DNA of 64,000 bases, taken from Eshraghiella crossota. GTDB lineage: Bacteria; Bacillota; Clostridia; Christensenellales; CAG-917. Both the position numbers and the translations under genes were made by a program. The notes beneath the pieces were generated by a model that searched no databases, was not told the origin of the DNA, and saw only the letters and a list, made by a program, of their open reading frames with translations. Position 1 is the stretch's first letter, and each line of letters starts with the position of its first letter. The stretch is taken from assembly GCA_963590075.1 (NCBI GenBank), contig CAVANK010000006.1:1082-65081 (forward strand), in the 5' to 3' direction. Positions 17,399 to 26,528 of this stretch are shown here, piece by piece.

Positions 17399-17451
17399 GA
17401 AAGGATTTGAAGGATATTTGCTATTTTATATTTATAAAAGTATGTAAAACC

Positions 17452-17551
17452 GCAATAAACGGATGAAGAGCGCGAAAAAGCCCCTTGCACGGCAACCCTA
17501 ATTTACTAATCGTAAATGAGTTGACGGACGGGCGTTGACGCCGTTATTTGC
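17452..17551 (-). repeat. Structured repeat copy B (type 2, degenerate)
   Basis: Outer arms GCAATAAACGG / CCGTTATTTGC. Shared motifs GATGAAGAGCGCGAAA and CAACCCTAATTTAC-loop-GTAAATGAGTTG. Confidence 0.6.
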
Positions 17552-17575
17552 CATTATATATATCTTGTAAAAGTT

Positions 17576-17686
17576 CGCCAAACAGATGAGTAACGCGAAA
17601 GCACCCCGAGGAGCGCAAACCCAACGTACTTTTCGTACGTGATTTGCGAAACTCGGGGTGCTGACAAAGTTAATCGCTGTTTGGCG
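17576..17686 (-). repeat. Structured repeat copy C (type 1), close copy of A
   Basis: Aligns with 13185..13300 with roughly ten differences by manual alignment. One difference is a compensatory change in the outer stem (CGCCAAACAG / CTGTTTGGCG). Confidence 0.7.
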
Positions 17687-17707
17687 GACTTTTAGTCTTA
17701 CCTAAGG

Positions 17708-17820
17708 GCGATATTTAGATGAAGAACAAGAAAGAGCCGTCCGAACGGCAACCCTAATTTACTATGCGTAAATGAGTTGACGGACGGACGGCTCTGCCGT
17801 AGTTATTCGCTAAATAGCGC
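17708..17820 (-). repeat. Structured repeat copy D (type 2), 2 nt after the fba stop codon
   Basis: Nested arms GCGATATTTAG/CTAAATAGCGC, AGAGCCGTCCG/CGGACGGCTCT, CAAC/GTTG, ATTTAC/GTAAAT. Same architecture as type 1 with different stem sequences. Confidence 0.7.
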
Positions 17821-17822
17821 TC

Positions 17823-18752
17823 TTAGGCTTTGTGGTCGCAACCAAGGACGTCCACAATCTTATGCTTTACAACTTGCTTCACTGCCTCTCTTGCCGGTCC
17901 GAGATATTGACGAGGATCGAAGTGAGAAGGATTGAGAGCAAAGTGCTCGCGGATTGCGGCGGTGCAAGCAAGACGGAGGTCGGAGTCGATGTTGATCTTG
18001 CAGACTGCCATAGAAGCCGCTTTACGGAGCATATCTTCGGGAACGCCTTGTGCGCCGGGCATACTGCCACCGTATTGGTTGATGATCTTGACGAGGTCTT
18101 GCGGGACGGACGAAGCACCGTGCAAAACGATGGGGAATCCGGGCAAACGCTTGCTGACTTCTTCGAGAATGTCGAAACGAAGTTGAGGTTGACCTTTGAA
18201 CTTGTATGCGCCGTGAGACGTGCCGATTGCGATTGCGAGAGAATCTACGCCGGTCTTGTTGACGAATTCTTCAACTTGGTCGGGATCGGTGAATTGAGCA
18301 TCTTTTGCAGCAACGTTGACTGCGTCTTCGATGCCGGCGAGTTTTCCGAGTTCTGCCTCGACGACTACGCCGTGATCGTGTGCGTATTCGACAACTTGCT
18401 TGGTGATGCTGATATTTTCTGCAAACGGATGTGCGCTTGCGTCGATCATAACGGAAGTAAAGCCGTTGTCAACGCAGTCTTTGCAGAGCGCGAAGCTGTC
18501 GCCGTGATCGAGGTGCAAGCAGATAGGAAGACCGCTGGTTTCGACCGCTGCCTCAACCATCTTGGTGAGGTAAGTCGTGTTTGCGTATTTTCTTGCGCCG
18601 GAGGATACTTGAAGAATAAGCGGAGCTTGCTCTTCGGTAGCGGCTTCGACGATACCTTGGATAATCTCCATATTGTTGACGTTGAAAGCACCGATTGCGT
18701 AACCGCCTGCGTATGCTTTTTTGAACATTTCGGTTGTAGTAACTAATGGCAT
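17823..18752 (-). CDS. fba: Fructose-1,6-bisphosphate aldolase, class II
   Basis: LHLDHG, VMIDAS and LHGASS motifs. GGGAGG RBS before ATG 18752. The track ORF extends to 18767. Confidence 0.95.
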   Translation of the reverse strand: MPLVTTTEMFKKAYAGGYAIGAFNVNNMEIIQGIVEAATEEQAPLILQVSSGARKYANTTYLTKMVEAAVETSGLPICLHLDHGDSFALCKDCVDNGFTSVMIDASAHPFAENISITKQVVEYAHDHGVVVEAELGKLAGIEDAVNVAAKDAQFTDPDQVEEFVNKTGVDSLAIAIGTSHGAYKFKGQPQLRFDILEEVSKRLPGFPIVLHGASSVPQDLVKIINQYGGSMPGAQGVPEDMLRKAASMAVCKINIDSDLRLACTAAIREHFALNPSHFDPRQYLGPAREAVKQVVKHKIVDVLGCDHKA

Positions 18753-18784
18753 TGTTGTGCCTCCCAAAATTTTATTTCGCGTAC

Positions 18785-18813
18785 ATTATACAACCTCGTA
18801 TAAAAAAACACAA
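18785..18813 (-). promoter_or_regulatory. Candidate fba promoter
   Basis: Minus strand TTGTGT-N17-TATAAT. Confidence 0.45.
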
Positions 18814-18839
18814 CCGTTTATATAAAAATTCGGTTGCGT
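18802..18839 (-). terminator. Intrinsic terminator after the 279-aa membrane protein gene
   Basis: Minus strand ACGCAACCG-13 nt-CGGTTGTGT followed by T7. Confidence 0.55.
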
Positions 18840-18853
18840 TTTGAGATTGCGGA

Positions 18854-19693
18854 TTATATAACGTCGTCCTTGTCGACGATGTTTTTGTTGCGTTTTTCGT
18901 CGTGGCCGATGACGATATGTTTGTCACCGTTTTCGTCGATATATTCCTTCTTGACGAGCACTTTCCCGTCCTCGTCCGCCTCTTTTTTGAGCACGGCAAG
19001 CTCGTATTCGCTCTTGGTCTTGTACTTTTCAAGCTCGGTTTCACGCTTCTTTTCGGCGCGTTTGCTTCTTACGAAGTACAGCGACACCGCAAGCGCGATT
19101 GCGAGAATAACGAACCCGTAAAGGAAGAGATTGTTGTACTCTTGCGGGAGGAAATACGCAATGCTCGTGAGTATAGCCCCCGCCACGATATTGCCCAAAA
19201 ACACCGCAAGCGACGCTTTCCACACGGGAAAATCGAGGAAACTGCCTATGCACGAACCCGTCCACGCGCCCGTCATAGGAAGCGGAATTGCAACGAAGGT
19301 GAACAGTCCCCAAAACTTTTTGGCGTCCTTGGACATAGGTTTTTTGTGCTTGGAAGCGGTCTTTTGATACTCTTCCTCACTGTACGCGCTCTCCGCCCTA
19401 TCCGCGAGATTGCTTTCCATACGTCTGCCGATTTTGGAGAACCACTTGGAGCGACGAAGCTTGCGCAAAAGCGGTCTCGTGAGCAAGATAAGCGGAAGAA
19501 TGACCGTCGTCGAACCCGCGATACAACAAAGCATACCAAGCAAGAACTCTTGTATAGTGCCGTTCGGGAACATATACGGCATCGTCAAAATTGCCCCTCT
19601 CAACTCCACGATAGGAATAATGGAGATGACGTACAGCGTCAGATAGGGGTTGCCGATGGCTTGGCTTATGTGATTGATAAGTTCTTGGATCAT
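18854..19693 (-). CDS. Membrane protein resembling the COG2426 small multidrug-export family, with a charged insertion and C-terminal tail
   Basis: 279 aa. N-terminal IIPIVELRGAI motif and four to five TM helices. Lys/Glu-rich C-terminus. Family call is from motif memory only. Confidence 0.55.
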   Translation of the reverse strand: MIQELINHISQAIGNPYLTLYVISIIPIVELRGAILTMPYMFPNGTIQEFLLGMLCCIAGSTTVILPLILLTRPLLRKLRRSKWFSKIGRRMESNLADRAESAYSEEEYQKTASKHKKPMSKDAKKFWGLFTFVAIPLPMTGAWTGSCIGSFLDFPVWKASLAVFLGNIVAGAILTSIAYFLPQEYNNLFLYGFVILAIALAVSLYFVRSKRAEKKRETELEKYKTKSEYELAVLKKEADEDGKVLVKKEYIDENGDKHIVIGHDEKRNKNIVDKDDVI

Positions 19694-19837
19694 AGTCTTT
19701 TACGCCTCGTTGCTCATACAAAGTATATGGTATTGCGCAAATTATGTCAAGGCGATTTGGCTTATTACGCTTGCCATTTGCCACGCCTTTAAGTATAATT
19801 TTGTCGAATAAATTATATTTGCGGACGGTAAATTTTT

Positions 19838-20578
19838 ATGCAAAAAATATTGAGTGCAATGCGCAGAGCCGTGCAAGATTACGATATGATCCACGACGGC
19901 GACAAAATATTCGTGGGCTTGTCGGGCGGAAAGGACAGCACCTTGCTTTTGAGCGCGCTTGCGGCGTATAGACGCTTCTCTCCCGAGCACTACGACCTAG
20001 AAGCCATAACCGTGGATATGGGGCTTAAAGAGACCAAACGAGAGGAAATGGACGCCCTTATTGCCTACTGCGACAGCCTCGGCGTCAAACACCACCTCAT
20101 AAAGACGGATATCGGTGAAATCATATTCGAGGCACGCAAAGAGCAAAATCCTTGCTCCCTTTGCGCCAAAATGCGCAGAGGCGCACTCAACAACGAGATA
20201 ATCCGTCTCGGCGGTGGAAAGCTTGCCCTCGGTCACAACGCCGACGACGTTGCCGAAACGATGCTCTTGTCGCTCTTGTACGAAGGACGCTTCTCCTGCT
20301 TTGCCCCGACGGCTTATATGGACAAATCGGGCATAACCCTTATCCGTCCGTTTATCTATATCGAGGAATACGACATCAAATCCACCGTCGCGCGCCTCGG
20401 CTTGCCCATCGTCAACAATCCTTGCCCGATGAACCACGAATCGCAACGCGAATATATGAAAAACCTCATCAAAGACATCTGCAAGGATATTCCGTTTGCC
20501 AAACAACGCATATTGGGCGCAATATTCCACCCCGAAAGGAACAATTTGTGGGAAAAACCGAGCAAAAATCAGCACTAA
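19838..20578 (+). CDS. PP-loop ATPase, TtcA-like tRNA 2-thiocytidine synthetase family
   Basis: 246 aa. SGGKDS PP-loop and CSLCAKMRRG Cys motif. Confidence 0.85.
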   Translation: MQKILSAMRRAVQDYDMIHDGDKIFVGLSGGKDSTLLLSALAAYRRFSPEHYDLEAITVDMGLKETKREEMDALIAYCDSLGVKHHLIKTDIGEIIFEARKEQNPCSLCAKMRRGALNNEIIRLGGGKLALGHNADDVAETMLLSLLYEGRFSCFAPTAYMDKSGITLIRPFIYIEEYDIKSTVARLGLPIVNNPCPMNHESQREYMKNLIKDICKDIPFAKQRILGAIFHPERNNLWEKPSKNQH

Positions 20579-20635
20579 TAAGTAATGAGTGATATTCACA
20601 CTTCGTGTGAGTACACTCTCCCCTCACCAAAACGT

Positions 20636-20668
20636 AAAAACACCTTCGATTGCTCGAAGGTGTTTTTG
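20636..20668. terminator. Bidirectional intrinsic terminator between the ttcA-like gene and the 1817-aa gene
   Basis: A5 - ACACCTTCGA-TTGC-TCGAAGGTGT - T5. Confidence 0.7.
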
Positions 20669-20705
20669 ATTTTGTTTTCGTGACGCAATGCGTCAAGCGA
20701 GTTGA

Positions 20706-23700
20706 TTAGGCAAGGGTGATGGCTTGACCTGTTCTATCGTAGAACGTAAGCGTTGCAACATTGTCACAAAGTTTATCCGCTGTTATTTCACCGGCGGTTG
20801 ACGTCCAAGTCACGTTATCGTAGACTTTGTCTTCCCACACCAACGCATAAACTGTTTGTCCATCCTTCACATATGACACAACAACCTTATTTGCTGCACC
20901 CAAATGTTTGTATTGATGAATTTGGGTGCCTGTATCGGCCTGCGCTGCGAAATAAAAGTCAGTGCCTAATGTTGGATTGTTGCGATAAGGGCATATTATA
21001 ACATTTCCATCAAATGCCATAAACCTACTGTAGCTACCATCAACGATTGCCGTTCCGTCATCATTGATTTTGCCACTGATTGTGCCACTTACGGTTCCAT
21101 CTGCCGCAACACTCAACGTATAGCTACTAAGATCTTTGTCGAACTCACTATAAACATTTGCTATAATATAAGAACCATACCATTGCACCGCCTCAACCCA
21201 TTCGCAATAAACAGTCGTATCTTCTGTGATGGTCGTTGCCGTGAAGTCAACTTTGGTTACGCCCTCGTCGGCAGTGGTGTACCACTTGCTGAACGCTTTG
21301 CCGTTGGTGAATTCAGGTATATGCTGACTCATATTAAGTGCATCGCCTGCGCCATAGACAACAGTCTTGTTCTTAAGTTCGTTGCCATAGACAATTGTCA
21401 AAGTGACTTTTACGTCCCATTTTGCAACAAGCGTAACATCCGTCATTGTCACAAACTCTGTCATTGAAACAAGAGTTTGATCTGCATCGTTTTGCACATA
21501 CCAACCACGGAATACTTTGTCCGTTCTTTCTGCCGGTGTTGACAAGGATGTCTTGATACCTGCAAGCGCGCTATCAGATACAACAGCATCTCCGCCGTCG
21601 TTGACATACGTAATTTCGACATTGTTTGTCTCCATAGCGTACTTATAATCCGTAGTGTTGATGAACAATTTGTTTGAGATTGAACTTACAGCGGCAGAAT
21701 CGGATTGATAGATTGCATAGAAGGATGCGTCATAACCTTCTTTAGTGAATTCCGCAACGGTGTACGTTCCCACTGTGTTTCCATCGCTAAATGTTATCTT
21801 GCCCATACCATTCAACGTGATTGTATCATCACCATCTTTGTATGTGCCTTGATAACCGTCCAAAGCGACAAGTTGAGTTCCGTCATAACCGAGGCTGTAC
21901 AGAGGCGCAGTTGCGTCCTGTGATGCGTAGATTAACACACATTCTGCATTATAGACTTTGCCACATGCAATGTGAGCGCCATTGATGTCAACCACTTTCG
22001 CATCGAAATGCACGTTGCCGTTTTCAATCAACAATGTGTGTGTCTCACTGCTTGTACCATTGCTTACGACATAATCCAAGACGGAATTTTTGCCATCCCA
22101 CGTAGTTGCATTGGTTGCACTAACACTATATCCTTCCGGCATGAAGAATCCGAATTTGGAGATGGTCTCGGTATCCTTTGTATAACTTGCGACAATAACA
22201 CCTGTTGCGCTATCGACAATACCGTAGAAAGTATACGTTGTGTTTTTGCTACTATCTTTATTGTACTTGACAACGGTGAATGTGATCTTACCCGTTGTCG
22301 CATCATAAGCAGTTACACTTATTCCATAGCCAAGATAAGTGGGCTCATCGTCATCATCGTCATATCCCCATCCGCGTTCGCTTGAGTTTGTGCTCGAACA
22401 ATCAAAGAACGGCAATGTTTCTTTTTTATCAGTTCTGTCAAACGTACCTTTGCCGGTCGTTCCGTCAAACGTTACAGTGGTTGAATAAGTAGGTTTGCTG
22501 GCGTATGACGTTCCGGATTTTGTAGATAAGCTTGAAACATATACAAACGTGTATGTCTGTGCGTAAGCACACTCATCCCATTTTGCGTATACGTCTTTTG
22601 TTGAATCTGCAATACCATTCCAAGCATTTTTAAACGTCGTATCATCAAGATACCAACCGCCGAATGCATATTTCGCTCTCGAAGGATCTGCCACCGACTG
22701 TGTTTCATCTTTTGAATACACAACCGCTTTATTTGCCGTTGTGCCATCATTGTAGTGATACGTAATGGTGACAGGCGTCGAATATTTTGCATAGAGCGTT
22801 ACGCTCTTGGACGTTGCAAAATTGCTCGCGTCCGCTACTTTTCCCGTTTCGGCGAATGCCTTATCCGTGTAATATCCGTTGAAAACGTAACCATCAACAG
22901 TTCCGTCAGGAAGTGCCACACCGATATTTGCGTTTACACTCATCTCTGCGATGGTCTTATTAATGCCTTCTGGCACAACAAACGTGATCGTCACCATCGG
23001 CTTTTCAACAGTATAAGTGCTGCCATCGAGAGTTGCCGTGTAGTACTCAACGTTCTTGCCGTCGCTGACGACGTAGAGATCAAACGTCTTTGTATCCGCA
23101 TTGGTCACAGTATAAGTACCGGTCTTTGTACCCCAAGCGAATTCGCCCGTTCCACCGAAGACAAGATCATCTTTACCTTCACAAGTATAAGTGCCAAAGT
23201 ATGCGTCGAGTTCACGAGGCAAATATGTTGACGAAGTGCTTTCTCCGATTGTCGATTTGCCTTGCGCTGCAGCGCGAGCGAATATCACATTGCCGTCTTT
23301 ATATACAACGACAGACGCAGCGTTTGCAATAGAATTTGTTTGGCTCTTATCAACAACAAGAGCGTTGCCGAGCGCATCTTTAATTTCAACACCGCTGTAA
23401 ATCTTGTTGCCATAAGTAAAGACGTTGGTGTTGTCGCCAAGCGCCGTCTTTGCTTGGATGAATTGCGCGTAATAACTGGTAAGCGTACTGTCCACCTTCA
23501 CTGCATATACGCCATATTGTGCTACAACTTTACCTGTAGAAGGCATATCTTGACCGAGGAAATAATAGTCATAACCAATATTGTTATTGTCATAGATGCC
23601 AAGGATTATTTTTGCGTCGGCATCGAAATAGAACGTGCCGTTTGTCCACGTGATTTTTTGCGTTGTAGGATCATAAGCCGTAACCGTGCCGGTCCTAAGT

Positions 23701-26159
23701 CCGGTAATATTGCCTTGTTTATCAATGGTTAGCGTCTTTCCGCCGGAATTGCCATTGCTCAAATACCACAGTTCAGTACCGTAGTATGTGCCGACATAAT
23801 CAGGGATAATGTCCCACAATGCGATAACCGTGATGTTTTCGATTGCGGTCAAATCTTCATCGAGATCCTCATCGTCTGCTTCGGTGTATTTGCCGTCGCC
23901 GTTGGAGTCGACAACCCACTTGACAAAACTGCGTCTATTTGTCAAATCGTCGCCATAGGTTGGTAATTTGCTATAGATAGCTTCGCCATAAGGCACGGAC
24001 ACCGTGTCGGGATCACCCTCTGCTCCGCCAATGATAGTAATGGTGACAGGCTCTTTCCACACAGCGGTAAGCGTAACTGCCGTGCCGTCGGGAGTATACT
24101 CTGTGACATAACCCTCTTGACCTTCGATTGTCCAACCAACCAAAACCAAAGTTTTGCCATCAACGATGACGTTTTCAATTGTAGGCAAAGTGAATTTGAC
24201 GTTGTTGTTGACGCTCTTATATGCGTCACCGATTGTGTCTTCACCATAAGCCGAGACATACGTGATTGCGGTCATCGGTTTGGTGAGTGCGATTGCGCCA
24301 TCGGTCAACGTAAACGTATAGTATGCGGTTGCATTTTCTTTGCTTGTGCCGACATAAAGCTCATAGTAGCCTGCTTCGTTATAGGAATAAGTGCCCGCTT
24401 CACCGCCAACAGTTGCGCCACCGATACCGTTGAGCACCACTTCGCCGTAGTTTGCATCGTTATATGTGCCTTCTTTGCCGTCTGTCTCTTGGAAGTTGCC
24501 TTCTGCATTCTTTGCATAAGCGATAATCTTTGTTCCGTCTTCTGCAAGCACTTTGACATAACTCGCGTTGTAGCATGCATCCGCTGCAAGTTGCGCACCG
24601 TTTGCATCGACAAACTTAACTCCGAATGCACCGCTTACGTCATTGCCGTCTTTTTCAACGTAGAAATTGAACGTGTGTGAACCGACAGCACAATCGTAGT
24701 TGTAAGAGCCGACAGTAAAGCCATTCCATGTGGAACCTGCAAACGAATTCATCTTGAGTGTGTCTTCAAGCGGTGAAAGCACATACACTTTCTTTTCGCT
24801 TACGCTCAAAACGATGATGCCGTTGGTCATATCGACGTAACCGGCATATGTTGTCGCGCCAATCGTATACTCGATTTGTCCTGTTGCGGCATCAATCATC
24901 TTGATTGAGTTTTCACCTTCCAAAGGTGAGTATGTTCCGGTACCCTTACTGGTTGCCGCATCGATTGTTACGACCGCTGTGGTCCAAGAATATATGCCCG
25001 CTTTCCCGATTTGCACATCGTCGCCAACGTACAACTCCACGGCGTGATAGGTCTTTCCGTCATAAGGAGCAACAAGTTTGGCGACTTCAAGTCTATAAGT
25101 CCATGAGTTTTGCTTGTAAACAGTGTAACCTGCCTCGTTGTATGTTGCGACTTTGCTTTGGCTGTCGTCTTTTGTCCAAGTGTATTCAAGATAACCGAGG
25201 TTTCCGTTATTCTCGCTTTCATCAACATGCTTATATCCGCAAACAGTGCAATCGTGCATCGGTATAATTTCAGTGCCGTTATTGTCTTTTTCTGCAGTCA
25301 AATAAGTCGTGCCATAGGTGTGTGCAACATAGGGTGATTGTTCGGTGTCAAACTCACCGCACACCATGCATTTCTTTGCATGACCTACAGAATCTTCATT
25401 GGTTTCCTCCGCGATATCGCCATCATCGTCGGACTGAGTATATTTATCATAGTATGGGAAATATGTATCACCAAAGACATGGCCGGTTGCAGGCAAAATC
25501 ACAACGTCTTGATACTCGCAATCATAGCAGTATCTGATCTTGACACCGTCTTCTTCGCAAGAAGGCTCTCTGTACGTGGTGTAACCACTGTACCTGTGCT
25601 CGTGAGCAACTTGATCATACTCAAGAGTGAATGTACCGTACTCGGATTGGTAAGTTGTAAATCCTTTGCTTGTGTACGTTGCTGCTTGGCTTGCAGTCAC
25701 CGTCCAGACAGACGAGTCCGTAAGCACTGCTACCGTTGCCGTGTCAACATCGCCACATGCGCAAGATCGCGTCGCAGTACCCGTCTCTGTCGTGGTCGGG
25801 TTCTTTGTGAGCGTCCATGCACCATAGGTGTGCGTGTCGGTCGCGTCACTCGTCGTTGTGACGGTGCCGTATGCCGACTTGTACACTTTGAAACCTTTGC
25901 TGGTGTGAGTTGCGTCTTGACTTGCCTCGACCGTCCACACCGATGCGTCGCTCAATTGTGCGACGGTAGCGGTTTCCACATCTCCGCAAGCGCATGTTCT
26001 CGTTGCCGTGCCGGTTGCCGTTTCCGTCGGTTGCGTTGTGATGCTCCATGCTCCGTATGTATGAGTATGTTCGGGTTGAGTGCCCTCATCACAAGCAACA
26101 AACAAAACCGCAAGTATTGCAACGATTGCAATCACAAACATAATTTTGTTTCGCTTCAT
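20706..26159 (-). CDS. Giant surface lipoprotein (1817 aa) with a Cys-module N-terminus and multiple Listeria-Bacteroides (InlB B-type) repeats
   Basis: Lipobox FVAC. Tandem duplication of about 75 aa (THTYGAW...TRxCACGDV...). Repeats ending in GW(Y/T)...(A/V)(K/L)W(D/K/V), e.g. AFGGWYLDD...VYAKWD and VFRGWYVQN...LVAKWD. GGAG RBS. Confidence 0.85.
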   Translation of the reverse strand: MKRNKIMFVIAIVAILAVLFVACDEGTQPEHTHTYGAWSITTQPTETATGTATRTCACGDVETATVAQLSDASVWTVEASQDATHTSKGFKVYKSAYGTVTTTSDATDTHTYGAWTLTKNPTTTETGTATRSCACGDVDTATVAVLTDSSVWTVTASQAATYTSKGFTTYQSEYGTFTLEYDQVAHEHRYSGYTTYREPSCEEDGVKIRYCYDCEYQDVVILPATGHVFGDTYFPYYDKYTQSDDDGDIAEETNEDSVGHAKKCMVCGEFDTEQSPYVAHTYGTTYLTAEKDNNGTEIIPMHDCTVCGYKHVDESENNGNLGYLEYTWTKDDSQSKVATYNEAGYTVYKQNSWTYRLEVAKLVAPYDGKTYHAVELYVGDDVQIGKAGIYSWTTAVVTIDAATSKGTGTYSPLEGENSIKMIDAATGQIEYTIGATTYAGYVDMTNGIIVLSVSEKKVYVLSPLEDTLKMNSFAGSTWNGFTVGSYNYDCAVGSHTFNFYVEKDGNDVSGAFGVKFVDANGAQLAADACYNASYVKVLAEDGTKIIAYAKNAEGNFQETDGKEGTYNDANYGEVVLNGIGGATVGGEAGTYSYNEAGYYELYVGTSKENATAYYTFTLTDGAIALTKPMTAITYVSAYGEDTIGDAYKSVNNNVKFTLPTIENVIVDGKTLVLVGWTIEGQEGYVTEYTPDGTAVTLTAVWKEPVTITIIGGAEGDPDTVSVPYGEAIYSKLPTYGDDLTNRRSFVKWVVDSNGDGKYTEADDEDLDEDLTAIENITVIALWDIIPDYVGTYYGTELWYLSNGNSGGKTLTIDKQGNITGLRTGTVTAYDPTTQKITWTNGTFYFDADAKIILGIYDNNNIGYDYYFLGQDMPSTGKVVAQYGVYAVKVDSTLTSYYAQFIQAKTALGDNTNVFTYGNKIYSGVEIKDALGNALVVDKSQTNSIANAASVVVYKDGNVIFARAAAQGKSTIGESTSSTYLPRELDAYFGTYTCEGKDDLVFGGTGEFAWGTKTGTYTVTNADTKTFDLYVVSDGKNVEYYTATLDGSTYTVEKPMVTITFVVPEGINKTIAEMSVNANIGVALPDGTVDGYVFNGYYTDKAFAETGKVADASNFATSKSVTLYAKYSTPVTITYHYNDGTTANKAVVYSKDETQSVADPSRAKYAFGGWYLDDTTFKNAWNGIADSTKDVYAKWDECAYAQTYTFVYVSSLSTKSGTSYASKPTYSTTVTFDGTTGKGTFDRTDKKETLPFFDCSSTNSSERGWGYDDDDDEPTYLGYGISVTAYDATTGKITFTVVKYNKDSSKNTTYTFYGIVDSATGVIVASYTKDTETISKFGFFMPEGYSVSATNATTWDGKNSVLDYVVSNGTSSETHTLLIENGNVHFDAKVVDINGAHIACGKVYNAECVLIYASQDATAPLYSLGYDGTQLVALDGYQGTYKDGDDTITLNGMGKITFSDGNTVGTYTVAEFTKEGYDASFYAIYQSDSAAVSSISNKLFINTTDYKYAMETNNVEITYVNDGGDAVVSDSALAGIKTSLSTPAERTDKVFRGWYVQNDADQTLVSMTEFVTMTDVTLVAKWDVKVTLTIVYGNELKNKTVVYGAGDALNMSQHIPEFTNGKAFSKWYTTADEGVTKVDFTATTITEDTTVYCEWVEAVQWYGSYIIANVYSEFDKDLSSYTLSVAADGTVSGTISGKINDDGTAIVDGSYSRFMAFDGNVIICPYRNNPTLGTDFYFAAQADTGTQIHQYKHLGAANKVVVSYVKDGQTVYALVWEDKVYDNVTWTSTAGEITADKLCDNVATLTFYDRTGQAITLA

Positions 26160-26342
26160 TGTTTTTCTCCTTTATATAATGCTATCTGTTGATACGATTT
26201 GATTGTCGCCACGTCGAGTTTTTTCTCGGGCGAATTTGTGTAAAAAAAGTGATTTTTTGAAGTGCGCTGCAAAAGTTTTACATTTCTGTCCGACTGTTGT
26301 GTTCACGTCATTCTGCCCACTTTTATCGCTTTTTGATACTAC

Positions 26343-26375
26343 GATGTGCGCACCTCTACCTCGAGTGCGCACATC
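26343..26375 (-). promoter_or_regulatory. Perfect 11-bp-stem hairpin in the leader of the 1817-aa gene
   Basis: GATGTGCGCAC-11 nt-GTGCGCACATC. No T-run on either strand. Each arm contains the 8-bp palindrome GTGCGCAC. Confidence 0.5.
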
Positions 26376-26479
26376 AAAGCGACTATTTATTCAATTTTTC
26401 TTCGCAAATTATGCGATTTTTTAATGCAAAATCTGCATTTTTATGCAATTTTTGCTTATATTTCTTTTATTATGCAAAT

Positions 26480-26508
26480 ATTTTACGTCCAAATCGACGA
26501 TTTGTCAA
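26480..26508 (-). promoter_or_regulatory. Candidate promoter of the 1817-aa gene (implies a leader of about 310 nt)
   Basis: Minus strand TTGACA-N17-TAAAAT. It lies within an AT-rich dyad TTTGTCAA-TTTT-TTGACAAA that begins 9 nt after the upstream stop codon. Confidence 0.5.
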
Positions 26509-26528
26509 TTTTTTGACAAACGATTTTT

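Noticed and set aside
26401-26480. Repeated TTGCAT(A/T)AAA words as dedicated transcription-factor sites
   Set aside because: The same hexamer serves as a plausible -35 box in the gap promoter (14438..14443). It also recurs in other AT-rich upstream regions (33690, 53495..53530). I cannot separate it from generic -35-like or A-tract sequence without a genome-wide background. It is kept only as a note inside the leader finding.
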